Shown: positions 37,745-50,655, counted from the first letter of the stretch. The stretch: DNA of 64,000 bases from Felis catus (GCF_018350175.1 NC_058368.1:140060001-140124000), one strand, 5' to 3'. Numbers and translations: made by a program. Notes: generated by a model not told the origin, from the letters alone.

Positions 37745-38260
37745 AGCCATTGCTTTTTAGGAACTTGGTTCCATCTCTTCCTACTGGGGTGGATAAAAGG
37801 GTAAGGAGAAAGCTAAGGTCTACCTCCCCCAGATTTCTTCACAGCAAAGCTTCTGGATGTGATTTAGGTGCCAGTCAGCCACACTCATGCAAGACTTGGG
37901 ATGTGGCAATGAAGAGAACGCTACATTTCTGCCTCTCTTGTGGCAAAAGCTCAGGTTGGAGGGCTCATGGTCCCCGTGACCACACAACTTGTGTGCATGG
38001 TCATGGTGGCAGCCTCATGATTTTAGACCGCCACCTGACCGTGGCAGCGCTGCTCTGGAGCTGGTGGCTTTCTGGTTGCAGGAGAGGCAGCAGATCTCTG
38101 GGTAGCCCAGATTCTACTGCGTGATTTAGAGTCATCCCTGAAAACCCATCCAAGAGTCTTAATTAACCATCTCAGTGATTCTGAAGCCGTTTAATAAATT
38201 GTAATAAATTTCATCCTGCTCGAACTAGTAACAGTGGATGCTCTTCTCTGCACCTTAACT
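37745..38260 (+). mobile_element. ERVL LTR (LTR33-like)
   Basis: gcttctggatgtgatttagg…taataaatttcatcctgctcgaactagtaacagtggatgctc. Confidence 0.55.
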
Positions 38261-38553
38261 CAAATTTCATTAAAAATTTGTCTTCGATTCTCTAGATCCT
38301 TCATCTATCTGTCAAATTGCAGTTTGAGGCAGGAATCGATATATCTCTTTCCTAAAAAGTAAGGAAAATTCTCATATAATTCTCATCACAGGGCCCATGA
38401 TTCCCTTCTAATTCAAAATTCTGATCTCTGTAGACTTCTTAATGATAATATGAATGTAAAGGAGCTTTTGAAGGAAGAGAAACAAACAAACAAGCAAATC
38501 AGTATGTGAGAAAGTGTTTGTGAACCGGCATTAATTAAAAGTGATAATTTCAG

Positions 38554-38766
38554 GGGGTGCCTGGGTGGCTCAGTTAGTTGAGAATCTGACTTTGGCTCAG
38601 GTTATGATCTCATAGTTTGTGGGTTTGAGCCCCATGTAGGGCTCTGTGTTGACAGCTTCGAGCCTGCTTCAAATTCTTTATCTCCCTCTCTCTCCACTCC
38701 TCTCCCGCTTGCACTCTGTCACTCTCTCTCTTTCAAAAGTAAATAAACATTTAAAAGTTTTAATAA
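38554..38766 (+). mobile_element. CAN-SINE
   Basis: TSD aaaagtgata(a/g)t(t/g)tcag. Confidence 0.93.
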
Positions 38767-38809
38767 AAAAGTGATAGTGTCAGATACAACTAAGATATTT
38801 GAACCTGTA

Positions 38810-38845
38810 TTTTTTTTTAACTTTTTTAAATGTTTATTTATTTTT

Positions 38846-38892
<47 letters not shown>

Positions 38893-39054
38893 CTTGAGCG
38901 AGGGTGGGGCAGAGAGAGGGAGACAGAATCCAAAGCAGGCTCCAGGCTCTGAGCTGTCAGCACAGAGCCTGACGCAGGCTCGAACTCACAGACTGTGAGA
39001 TCATGACCTGAGCCAAAGTCGGATGCTCAACCGACTGAGCCACCCAGGCGCCCC
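38810..39054 (-). mobile_element. CAN-SINE with long (GA)n
   Basis: Full reverse SINE, tail-to-tail with the previous copy. Confidence 0.95.
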
Positions 39055-39649
39055 TTGAACTTTTAAGTCCAAATTCTACAACTTGTAAGTCACTGAGAAT
39101 GAATCTATCATTTTTCAGTCCAATAGTTGACTTTCTAATAATGTGTCAATTGTAATAAGATACTTCCCTAAAATTGGCTGTTCTAATTAATTAAATATGG
39201 CAAAGGTCAGAAGGAGGAAGTTCAGGGAAGACTGTTAAAGAAATACACTGTATTGATATGTCAGTTTTTGCAAGAACTCAGACTGTTAGTTCAGAGGAGA
39301 AATCCTATTTGTACATCAACCCTAAGAAGCCTCAGAACTGATAAATAAGGCCCCAAAGACCAGATAAAGCTTCACAAATAAACTGGAGAGAGAAAACTAG
39401 TGCCATTCATTGCATAGTGCTGTGTAGACAGCTCACTCTGAAATAGGAAAAGGTTGAGGATTCTGAGCACTCTTATGGATTTCTGATCTATAGCAGAGAT
39501 CCTCTTTAGCGTGGTACCAGAAGGTGTCCCTTAATTACTTTCTCACCTACTTCTGGGGAATTTGTCCCAATTTCCCTGAGGGTATGGAGAGTAATAAAAA
39601 GGGAAGCAATTACCATTTGAGAAAAATCTAATCAATAGCTGGATCACTG

Positions 39650-39960
39650 TGTCAGCTGTGGAACAAGAGGAAGAAAGAGAAGCCAGAATGAGGGTTCTAG
39701 AAGTCAAGAAGAAAAGTGAATGCAGCAATTTGCTGGCCGTTCAGTGATTCTACAGGAATTTCAATAGACATGTGAGGGCAGAAGCTGTATTGCAGTGGCT
39801 TGAGAAGTAAATGGAGTGTGAGGAATGGAGACATAAATACATGCCCTCTGTTCAGGAAGATGATAGTTAGAGAATGAAGGGACAGTAAGGCATTGTGTTG
39901 AGTAAATTCGAGTATGTTCCTTCAGGGAGAAGAAGCAGGAAGAAAGAGATAACAAACTTA
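39650..39960 (-). mobile_element. L2 relic
   Basis: gagggcagaagctgtattgcagtggcttgagaagtaaatggagtgtgaggaatggagaca. Confidence 0.6.
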
Positions 39961-40619
39961 CAAGTGCAATGAGGATAAAAAATATTTCTATGAGAGTACT
40001 ACCCTCCTCTTTTCCTTCACTCTACCTTCAATGTCAAATGTGGGTGTTACCTGTTTCATGTCCCTACCACTGCCACATACCTGGACCTTATTATATGGGT
40101 TGTACAAATTGGGTAAGAAAACTCAAGAAACCAGGATGAGGGATTTGTGTTTTGTTTGCATGAATGAAAGGAAAAAAAATGAGAATAGAAGAAGGCTGTA
40201 CACATGGGGGAAACTGAAAGAATATTGTCAAGAGAGGAAGCTAAGGAAGAGAGTTTACAACACAGTATAGTATGGGGGAAAGAGAAAGAGATTTTGAGAA
40301 ATATTGCCGTGGATTGTATGTCCTTGCAAATTGTTTGATGGGTACAAGTAAATAGTGGAATTACTCTAAGATCTTAGTGATAGACTCTAGGACACAGGAT
40401 GTATGAGCCATGTCACTGAACTAAGTCTCTGGCAGTGTTCCAGTTACTAAGGCAAAATAACAGCCCCAAACTTAGTGGTATAAAATAGTCAAAAGTCCAC
40501 TAAGGTTTTGTGGAAACTGTTTTGCTGAAAAAACTGTGAGCTCAGAATAAAAAGTCTTTGACTATTCCAGTTTTAAAACACTTTTTGAGTCCCTAAGCTT
40601 ATATTAGCTCAAAATAGGC

Positions 40620-41600
40620 TGTATGGCTTTCTAGGAGGTTATAGTCCTTGATGCCTATTTCAGATGCAGCCATAGCAGATGACAGTCAAGAAAGAACTTC
40701 CTAAAGGGAAGATCCAGGGGCCATGAAGAATCATGAGCATAGGAGTGCTGGCAATGCTGACTCCACCATTGTCCCTTCATCTTACTTGTTTTCTCTGGAT
40801 GACCTCTTTTGGGACTACATATTCCCGGCCCCTTGGAGATTAATATAGGTACCTTAAAAGTGCCCACGAAGGCTGGGATGGGGGGAGACTTGCTCTGGCC
40901 TTCCACGAATCTGTTAGAGATAACAAGGGCTTTCCACTTCCTAACACAGAGTTGGTACCACAAGCTCTAATTAAAGGTTCACTGTCAGGTACATGCAAAC
41001 CCTTTGATCTCACTACATTTGCCCTCACTCTATCATCTGAGGACTAAGGTCTGGACTTTGTAGACCTTTGAGAATAACCGCAGCTACTGTGGATTGTCCT
41101 CCCTCAGATCCCCCCTCAATAAGTTACCCTGAATAAAACTCTGTGTATACTGTATGGAGTCACCTGCTTTGTTTTCCTGTCTCAAAGTGCCTTCTCCATT
41201 TGGGGGACACTTTACCGTGCCTCCCCCACCTTCTAACAATGGGCAAGGGAGTCCCTTCCAGAATGTAGAATCTAGGTCAAATCAAGGGAAATATACTAAG
41301 TCACAAGATACCTCACAAATATTGTAGGATTTTGTTATTGCTATGGACCAGAGACCACTGCATATTTTCCATACCTCATTTTTCTTTTCTGGATAGGAGT
41401 TTTATTAAAGCTGTTCTGTCTCTGATCAACCATTACATTTTGGGGTGGGGGTGTGAAGTGGCAGAAAGTCTGTCTTACTGGTTGAAAGGCAACCACAAAG
41501 CAGGAAAAATAATACTGGACTGGAAAGTGAGGAAGAAATAAAATTTTAATGTGTCAAGTCACTACAATTTTAGGATTTATTTGCTCAACAGCTAATGTTA
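40620..41600 (+). mobile_element. MaLR internal (MLT1-int) plus LTR end, interrupted by an LTR
   Basis: gggccatgaagaatc | atgggcaagggagtcccttccagaa…ggaccagagaccactgc…; MLT1 3' end at ~41530-41600. Confidence 0.55.
40738..41238 (+). mobile_element. ERV solo LTR (family not assigned)
   Basis: ~500 bp with aataaa at ~41132, ending …tctaaca; near-TSD atgag/atggg; splits MLT-int. Confidence 0.55.
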
Positions 41601-42482
41601 ATATGAGGAGTATGGTAGATACATGAAGAAATCATTGGTCTGTTTCAGTGATTGGTTTGGTTTCCCACCTAATGGTTTAAGCTTTTGATTGAGTATCTGT
41701 CCAAAAAAGACCGCAGTGTCTTTTTATTTTTCTAAGATTAATATGAAGATTAATTAGATTTCTGTGTTTGCAAGCTTTATTTACCCCAGTAAACAATGAT
41801 GCAACTTAAGTTGTTAAATTCTTGCATTCATATATTTAACATGAATACTTACTGACTTAATTTGTTATATTTTATGGCACTTGAGTATGTGAATTATATG
41901 AGCTTAAGCAACATTTCCAAGCACAGAAAGAAGAAAATGCTTGATCGTAACAAATGAGTGTTCATCCTAGAAACAAATCGCATTCTGTTATTAGTAGCAT
42001 CATTTCTACTCATTTACCACGATACAGATTGATTTTTATCGATCCCTTTAGCTGCCTTCCTGGAAACTCTAATGTCTCATTTCTGTGCTGTTTCACGTTT
42101 ATCTCACTAGTGCCCAGCGAGATGCTTAACATATAGGAAGAGCCTAACTGATATTTGGGAAACTGAACTTAAATTTGAAAACTAGGAAATAACAAGTGAT
42201 ATAGGAGAAGTCAAAATCCTTTAGGTATTTATTTGCCCTAGAAATATCAGTTTTATTGATTTCCTGGAAAAGTCATTTTATAATTGAAAAGACATTTTTG
42301 CCAATGATTCATTTGAAACTTCATTTCATCCCATTAATCCCTTGGAGGTTTTTAGTTTTATGATTTAATATTCACAAGCACATGGATACTGAACCACAAT
42401 GAAAGCTTTTAACTGGCTTTTCATTGTATAAAGATCTTGTAGGTGAATAAAAGTTATTTGATCTTAAAATTAAAAAAATCAG

Positions 42483-42705
42483 GGGGCACCTGGGTGGCTC
42501 AGTCGGTTAAGCATCCAACTTCGGCTCAGGTCATGATCTCACAGTTTGTGGGTTCTTGCCCCACATCGGGCTCTGTACTGACAGCTCAGAGCCTGGAGCC
42601 TGCTTCGGATCCTGTGTCTCCCTCTCTCTCTGCTCCTCCCCAACTTACATTCTGTCTCTCTCTCTCAAAAATAAACATTAAAAACATTAAAAAAAAATTT
42701 TTTTT
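42483..42705 (+). mobile_element. CAN-SINE
   Basis: Full-length, A-rich tail. Confidence 0.95.
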
Positions 42706-43361
42706 AAATCATTAAAATCATTGAAAACACTAATGCCATGTTTTGTCTTCTTAAGCCATTTTGAGATCATTTCAGTCCTCATTCTTCAAGGCAACCATTA
42801 ACAATCCCATTGAACACAACAGGGAGCCAAGGTTAAAATGATTTATTCCATGCCATTTTGCAGCTGTGGCAAGGCTAGGCTAAGAGACTGAAGCTCTCAG
42901 CAGCTCTCCTCTGCCTCCCACTCTCTCCCTGGCGCCTAATGCCTAACAGCTGCATTAACTCACTGGTGTCATTTAGTGCATTGAAGGATGATTTGCTTTT
43001 CTCAGCGTGCCTAGTGCATCAACAGATGCCCTTTTGACCTTAAGATTTCACAGTACCTTTGCAGGTACCTGACTTCCTGTGAGTGACAGGTGCTAGAAGA
43101 ACAGAACAGCACGCACCTCAGTCGTACAAAGCCTGGTCTCTGACCCACCCGCTCTGTGTTTTCTTTCACCCAAGCCATCTCACATATTACAACAAATTGA
43201 GTTGGCATTGCAGAGTGTTTTCACTATGTCACCTGCTAGGATTATTCCAAAACAACCCCTCTGTCTCTCCTTTACACCAGCCGAAATAGAATATTCTGCT
43301 GCGAAACTTCATCCTCCCTCAGAAGGCAAAGGCATGATGTAATTGGCCATCACAAGGCCAT

Positions 43362-43580
43362 TGCCGTAAACTAAATGTTTGTGTCCTTCCCAAGTTCTTG
43401 TATTGAAGCCCTAGTCTCCAGTGTGGTGGTATTTGTAGGTGGGGCTGTTGACAGGTAATTAAGGATTTGGAAGAGGTCATGGGAGTAGAGCCCCTGTAAT
43501 AGATTTGGTGCCCTAATAAAGGGAAAAAGGGACCAGAGCTTGCATTCATTCTCTCTGCCGTGTGAGGATATAATGAGATT
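43362..43580 (+). mobile_element. MLT1A-like LTR 5' part
   Basis: actaaatgtttgtgtccttcccaagttcttgtattgaagccctag…gtatttgtaggtggggc. Confidence 0.75.
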
Positions 43581-44007
43581 CTGTCAGGTCACTTCTATTA
43601 GCATTGTTCCCAGTTTAGGCTACTATATTTTCCCCCTGAACAGTATTTTGCCGTCAAAATAAAGTAATTGAGAGAGCCCCCATGGCAAGAAATACTTTGT
43701 AAAGACTTAAGTAGAGAGCAGCTCCCTCTTTTCAAAGGACACTTTTGAGGGTAAAACTCAAAAGCTTTTGCAATTTTTAGATCCATGGTGTTTGGTTCAA
43801 GAAATCTGGACTATGATCAGGAAATACAAATATTTCAAAAGTATCCCATATGATTCTGATCAGCTGTCCCAAAACTGCAGTATAAGAACTCATGTGTGTC
43901 TGTGTTTTCCCAGTGTTAGCAGTTTGGTATAAATAACTTCCATGCTTTATACCATGCTCATGGAAAAATATATTTATACTTGTTTAGAATTGTTTCATAA
44001 TATTTTT

Positions 44008-44223
44008 AAATATTTTTTAATGTTTACTTTTAGAGAGAGAGAGAGAGAGAGAGAGTGTGTGAGCAGGGAGGGGCAGAGAGAGGGGGGGACACAGAATCCG
44101 AAGCAGGCTCCAGGCTCTGAGCTGTCAGCACAGAGCCCGACGCAGGGCTGGAACTCACAAACTGCAAAATCATGACCTGGGCTGAAGTCGGACACTTAAC
44201 CGACTGAGCCACCCAGGCGCCCC
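44008..44223 (-). mobile_element. CAN-SINE (left member of head-to-head pair)
   Basis: Full reverse SINE; no direct TSD, see findings. Confidence 0.95.
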
Positions 44224-44260
44224 TAAAAGTGTATTTTTTAAAAATATTATGCAACAAGTA

Positions 44261-44478
44261 GGGGCGCCTGGGTGGCTCAGTCGGCTAAGCGTCCAACTTC
44301 AGCTCAGGCTGTGATATCCCGGTTCGTGGGTTCGAGACCCATGTCTGGCTCTGTGCTGACAGCTTGGGGCCTGGAGCCTCCTTCGGATTCTGTGTCTCCC
44401 TCTCTCTGGCCCTTCCGCACTCATGCTCTCCCTCTCTCTATCTCTCAAAGATAAATAAAGGTTACAAAAATTTTTTTT
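44261..44478 (+). mobile_element. CAN-SINE (right member of head-to-head pair)
   Basis: Full forward SINE; no direct TSD, see findings. Confidence 0.95.
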
Positions 44479-44560
44479 AAATACAATATTATAGTCTAAC
44501 TTTTCCTTTAACTTAGTATTTTCTCAGGGACTCACTTTCAGCATGCTTATATACACATAC

Positions 44561-44781
44561 AAATAGGCTTCTCAGTATCAGCATTATTGATATTTTGGGC
44601 CAGATAATTCCATGTTTGGGGTGGCTGTCCTGTGCACTGTAGGGTATTTAGTGATATCCATGACCTCTACCCACTAGATGCCAGTAGAACTCAGCCCACT
44701 GTTGTGACAATCAAAAATATCTCCAGAAATCTATCCCCAATGTCTTTTAGGGAATAAAATCATTCCTGGTCGAGAACCTCG
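44561..44781 (+). mobile_element. MER20 (hAT-Charlie)
   Basis: attttgggccagataattc…ctgtcctgtgcactgtagg…ctctacccactagatgccagtag. Confidence 0.87.
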
Positions 44782-45272
44782 GATAGGGAGTAATCTATTC
44801 AACCATTCCTCTATCAATGGCAATACAGGCTATTTTCTGGACTTCTTCTCTCACTCTGCAATAACCACCCCCCCCCCCCCCCCGTACATGTATCTTTAAA
44901 CAACATTGTTTCTGTTTCCATAGGGTAGATGCCCACAAACAAGGTTGCTGCAAAGTTGATGGGCATCCTCAGATAACTTTCCTAGGAGCATGCAGCAATT
45001 CACATTCCCAAAACAGTATCTGAAAGGGTCCCTCTGCTCTCCCCACCACTGGATATTGACTGTCTTTTTTTTTCTTTCCTATTTGCTAGTCAGATGCATA
45101 AAAATATGGTGTTCCAATATTGATTTGATTTTTAGTGACATGGTCACTTACTTATTGGTCCTTTGCTTTTCACGCTTCGTGAAACCTATCAAGTCCTTTG
45201 ACTATTTTTATGGGTTATCTGTGTTTTTAATTTTCATCAGTTTGTTGGGACTATTTGTTAGGGATATTCGTT

Positions 45273-45488
45273 CTTTTTTTTTTTTTAAGTTTATTTATTC
45301 ATTGAGAGAGAGACAAAGAGAGAGAGAGCATGAGGAGGGGAGGGGCGGAGAGAGAAGGAGAAAGAATCCCAAGCAGGCTCTGCCCTGTCAGTGAGTGGAG
45401 CCTGATTCAGGCTTTGAACTCAAAACCGAGAGATCATGACCTGAGCTGAAACCAAGAGTGGGGCACTTACCTGACCGAGCCACCCAGG
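45273..45488 (-). mobile_element. CAN-SINE (slightly 5'-truncated)
   Basis: Reverse SINE ending gagccacccagg. Confidence 0.9.
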
Positions 45489-46829
45489 AATATGAGTTCT
45501 TTTCCATAACTCTTAGAAATGGTTTGTTTGGTTGGTTTTTTGTTTGTTTTCGGTCAATAATTTGTCTTTTTATGCAAAAAAGGAGAGCAAAAAGTGGAAA
45601 CGACTTGCTCAAGATGGCGCCTTCAGTTAAAGGTAGAGCAGGGACAGTTCGAGGATCTCCACTCAGGGTGTTCCCCTTACCCAGTGCTGCTCTGGGGGAG
45701 CTGCTCTTCTCTCTCTCCCTTCTCCCCTCCTCCTCCTCCATCTGTGCATGTTTACAGCCACTAGTAGAATCAATTTGAAAACACAGGGCAGCCAAAGTAT
45801 AACAAAATACCATAACACAGAGTAACAGCCCTCGTGCCCCGAGCACATAATAATTTTCCTAGGTTGCCCTTGTATAGTAGTCCAAACACCTAAGCAGTAC
45901 CTGGGGAGAGATTGCTCCCCCCTGGCACGTAGGCAGGGTACCAGAGATAGAGCAGATGGGGCTTTCCTGGCTGGGAATGCTGCCAGCTAACATTCAGGAA
46001 GGAGGTACACAGACAGTATGAGCAAGACAGCCAAGAGACTAATATGTTCAGATGGCATAATGCCTTTTCACAAACTGCTGGGCCATTTATCCATGGCAGA
46101 CGGAAGTCTTTAGAAGCACTGCCTGCCACCTTAAGCATCATACCATTTTGAAATCCATTCCCTATAAGAGAATGAATGTATTAGGAAAACATTCCCTGAA
46201 ATATCATCACATTTGGTAAAACTCTGTGTGTTTGGAAACAAACAACGACAACAAATTCTAAGGCTTTATTCTCTGTATTGAGACATTGAGCCTGACCTAT
46301 GCTACAGACACGATTTGCAACACTGTTGAATATATCCTTGCAGGTGCAATATGGTGATCAAGAGTTTGTGTATTTAATAACACATTGGGAGGACTGGAAG
46401 TCAGATGGCCCATCTCTGTTGTGTCACTCCATTAGGCTTCAGTATGGCTGTGGGGAAGCCAGTCAGGGCATTAATGCTTGTTCATGCATGTGTCAATGCG
46501 ATGGGAAATGTTAGCTTAGATGAGATGTGCTTTTTAGAAATGTATGTGGATGATTAGGCAGTGATTTTCAACCAGGATGGTGGGAGGTGGGTGGAGAAGG
46601 AATTTTAAAACTACACCTGTTGCCCAGGATTCATCCTGGTACATCCTTTTGCGAGGCATCCCATCCACCCCCACCTACGGTGACAATGAGGTAAGCCACT
46701 TATAGTTGGAAATGACGGTGTACCTCAGGTGAGTGGGCATGGAAAAAGATTGATAACTACTGATCTAAAAATTCAAAGATATTTCTTCAAGTGGGAATCA
46801 GCTCAGCAAATTCCACCCCCCAACCCTGG

Positions 46830-46836
<7 letters not shown>

Positions 46837-46875
<39 letters not shown>
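46837..46875. repeat. (CA)n microsatellite
   Basis: Direct inspection. Confidence 0.95.
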
Positions 46876-46876
<1 letters not shown>

Positions 46877-47622
46877 AGTGCTGCTATTAAAAGGAGGCTG
46901 TAGGTGGTACTGTGCTAAGTGCACTGAAGTGTACAAATGAAGTTTTTTCCCCCCATATACTTTTAGTCAACCTCCAGCCAACAAACATTAATAAGCCCAG
47001 CATTGTACCATTCACCATAGAGCCACCATAGGCTCTATTAGGTGGGAGGTTGTGTGCTGAAAAGGGTAAGACAGGATCCCTGTCCTGTGGAGGCTTCCAG
47101 TCTAGCAGAGGCACTTAGCCAAGGACACAAAGAGTAACCAGACAAAGCAGACTCTACAGCTGTACCTCCCACAGAAATTTCTGTGGAAACACCGAAATAC
47201 TGGCGAAGCGGTAACGAAGAAAATATTCTTATAGACAGCTGAATCCAAAAGAGATGAAGAGAAATCTATGGCAGAAAAGTAAAGCAAGACCTCAAAGTGA
47301 TTGCAGTTCACAGATACCTCAGGACAGGAAGGTGGACCCGGATGAGAGATCTGACGGCTGGGGCTTGGGTTGAGGACAGCTCTTTAACAAGTGTGCGGGA
47401 AGGAGAGGATAGGCTTGGGCCTCTGCCAGGGATCAAACCGCACCCAAGGCTGTTAGCAGAAAGTGGGGACTCTGGACAGCATCGCCTCAGAGATAAAGAG
47501 CAATTCACTTTCCCACTCAGAGAAAAGAGAATGAATTATGTCTTTTTCTAGGGCTTTCAGAGGAGGAAAAAGGTTCTGTGAGAAACCAAAATGTCATTTC
47601 TGTGTCTCTAAAAACAAAACTT

Positions 47623-47826
47623 GGGGCACCCGAGTGGCTCAGCCGGTTAAGCATCCAACTTCAGCTCAGGTCATGATCTCGTGGTTTGTGAGCTCCAGCC
47701 CCGCGTTGGGCTCTGTGCTGACAGCTCGGAGCCTGCAGCCTGCTTCCTGTGTCTCCCTGCCTCTCTGTCCCTCCCCTGTTCATACTCTGTCTATCTCTCT
47801 CTCTCAAAAAGTAAACATTAAAAAAA
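47623..47826 (+). mobile_element. CAN-SINE
   Basis: Full-length head, CT tract, A tail. Confidence 0.93.
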
Positions 47827-48330
47827 TAAAAACCTTATTTCTAGGTAGGTGAACCCCTCTGTAGCATTCAGCAGAATCAGAACAAAAACTACTTTCACAA
47901 TTTAGAGTAAATTTGACTCTTAAAGAAAAAAAGAAAGAAAGAGAGTAAGTGAACTCCTAAACCAAAACTACAAACTACACAAAATAACTATCCATCAAAA
48001 GTGAGACTCAGCAGAAACAAGAGATCAGAGGATTACAAGCCCCAAGAGCTGAGATAAAGAACATTTGGAAGGAGACCTCTTCAGAGAGGGGACAAGTGAG
48101 ACGGTACCTTGGGATGATCAGAGAAGACCTGAGCTTGGAGAAGGGGTGATTGTGGTGGGCAGAGTTAAAAAAGACAGCATTTTTCCAGGTGAGAGACTCA
48201 AGTGAAATCTGGAAAACTTAAGGCATTTTCAACGATGATAACTACAGGATGAGGGAGAAATAGTGTTCTCGTATTTAGCAGACAAAAATGCAGGCTACCC
48301 AGATACCTTTGAATTTCAGGTAAACAACAA

Positions 48331-48558
48331 TTTTTTTTTTTAATTTTTTTTCAACGTTTTTTTATTTATTTTTGGGACAGAGAGAGACAGAGCATGAACG
48401 GGGGAGGGGCAGAGAGAGAGGGAGACACAGAATTGGAAACAGGCTCCAGGCTCCGAGCCATCAGCCCAGAGCCTGATGCGGGGCTCGAACTCGCGGACTG
48501 CGAGATCGTGACCTGGCTGAAGTCGGACGCTTAACCGACTGCGCCACCCAGGCGCCCC
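48331..48558 (-). mobile_element. CAN-SINE, young SINEC_Fc
   Basis: CpG-rich; TSD aacaa+T-run. Confidence 0.97.
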
Positions 48559-48575
48559 AACAATTTTTTTTTTTT

Positions 48576-48624
48576 TTTAGTATAAGTATGCTCCATGAAA
48601 TATTTGGGACATACTTACACTAAA
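48576..48624 (+). ncRNA. Candidate miR-1302-like hairpin (MER53-derived); expression unknown
   Basis: 20-bp imperfect stem; 3' arm ttgggacatacttacactaaa resembles recalled mature miR-1302. Confidence 0.25.
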
Positions 48625-49262
48625 CATTCGTTGTTGACCTGTGATCCAACGCTAACTGCATGTTCTGCATATTAACCTGGCAGCCTAAGTAGAAAGCACC
48701 TTGACAAGTTTTAAGCATTAGGATTTGGCCATCCAAGTTCTATTTGAGGGTATGACTCGTGTAGAACGTAAAGAGGAAACCCATAAACTGCACACACTGA
48801 AGAATACAAGAGGAACGAGTAACACTGTGGTAGCGTCCCCTCCCTAAGGAAAGAAAACAACCTCAAGGCAACCAGGCTATATGCATGGGTGACATTCCTC
48901 ATGACCTGTAACATAAGACCACTTAATCAGACTGCCTGTTTGTGCGTTACCATATATGGGAGCCAAAGAAGTAAAAAATATGTTAAAAACTACGCCATGT
49001 GGAGTTTGGGACTCAGTTCTTTGGGTACAAACGCAACTGTGGTGCCGGCAGGAATGAAGTTGCTTCCTGGAAGGAAAAGCCTGTGTGTCACCACTCTCTG
49101 CAAGAATCCTGTTACAACACCAGAATGATGATTTGCTTGGACCCACTGGGGAGGCAAATAACGTTATCAAAATGCAGATCAAGAATGGAAACCATAACCA
49201 AGAGATAAGGACTTAGAAAAGGCCATTTGCTTTTGGAGATGGGAAAGATAATGTTAACTTTT

Positions 49263-49473
49263 TAAAAAAAAAATTTTTAACGTTTATTTATTTTTGAGAC
49301 AGAGAGCATGAACGGGGGAGGGTCAGAGAGAGAGGGAGACACAGAATCTGAAATAGGCTCCAGGCTCTGAGCAGTCAGCACAGAGCCTGACGCGGGGCTC
49401 GAACTCTCGGACCGTGAGATCATGACCTGAGCCGAAGTCAGACGCTCAACCGACTGAGCCACCCAGGAGCCCC
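49263..49473 (-). mobile_element. CAN-SINE
   Basis: TSD gataatg(t/g)taactttt. Confidence 0.96.
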
Positions 49474-50342
49474 GATAATGGTAACTTTTGAGGAATTAAT
49501 CAGTGACAACTGCAGGTAGGAAGCCAAATCACAGGTATTTCAAGAATCAAAGAAAAGGAGGGGGGGTAATAAGGCCAAGTAATGTATTTATTTTGAAAGC
49601 TCAAAATAAAAATAAAGCTGATGTCTAGGAGAGAGCAGGAGATGTTCATAGAAAGAGCGGAAGGCCCTACAGAGGGCAAGATGGAGGACGTCCCTGGGAA
49701 GGTGGGACTGGCTGTTGCAGGTGGTGAATGAAGAGCACAGGTGGACAAGCCCTTCTGTTAGAGGGCAGCCATCCAGACACTTGCTTTCAGCCCAGGTTAC
49801 AAAAAAAAAGTTTCAGTGATGCATAATTAGCATACAATAAACTGAACCTATTTAAAAGCATATCATTTGATACATTATAACATATGTCACAGCCGTGACC
49901 ACCCATCACCACAGGTAAAGATCAAATCTGTCGACCCCCGAACTTTTCTTGTGCCCCTTTGTAATCACTCTCTCCTACCTCTATCTGCATCACCCATCCC
50001 CAGATAACCCCTGATCTCCTTCTTATAGGTTGGTTTGCATTTTTAAAATTTTATATAAATGGTATTATACAGTATTTATACCTTTTTCAAATCTCGCTTA
50101 TTTCACTCAGAATAATTATTTTAAGATTTATGTGTATTGTAATGTTTACCAGCAGTCCATTCCTTTTATTGTTGGGTGCTGTTGCATTGTATGGACACTC
50201 TGAAGTTTGGTTATCCATTCACGTCTTGGTGGATATTTTTATTACTTCCAGAATTTTCCTTTTACAAGCAAAGCTGCTATACACATTCATGTACAGGTCT
50301 TTCTTTGCATGGCATATACTTTCATTTGTGTAAATAATACCA

Positions 50343-50469
50343 GGGCACTTGGGTGGCTTAGTTGATTAAGGGTTTGACTTTGTCCCAAGTCATGATCTCA
50401 CGGTTTGTGGGCTCAAGCCCCATGTCGGGCTCTGTGCTGACAGCTCAGAGCCTGGAGCCTGCTTCAGAT

Positions 50470-50504
<35 letters not shown>

Positions 50505-50655
50505 CTCTCTCTCTCTTTCTCTGTCTCTCTCTCCCTCTCTCTCTCTCTCCCTCTGCCCCTCCCCTGCTCACGCTCTGTGTCTCTCTCTCACTCAAAAATA
50601 AATAAACATTTAAAATAAATTAAAAAATACATACATACATACATACATACATACA
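50343..50655 (+). mobile_element. CAN-SINE with expanded (CT)n and (ATAC)n tail
   Basis: SINE core; long CT tract ~50470-50550; (ATAC)9 at 50627-50662. Confidence 0.93.

Larger units (their letters stand above)
48261..48687. mobile_element. MER53 palindromic MITE, interrupted by a SINE
   Basis: atttagcagacaaaaatgcagg…tttgaatttcaggtaaacaac and tagtataagtatg…tatttgggacatactta…ctggcagccta match recalled MER53; degenerate 8-bp TSD gggagaaa/agtagaaa. Confidence 0.85.

Noticed and set aside
45388..45846. 152-aa ORF and a YY1-like motif (caagatggcgcc)
   Set aside because: The ORF runs through low-complexity sequence into a SINE; a single motif without a CpG island is not enough to call a promoter.
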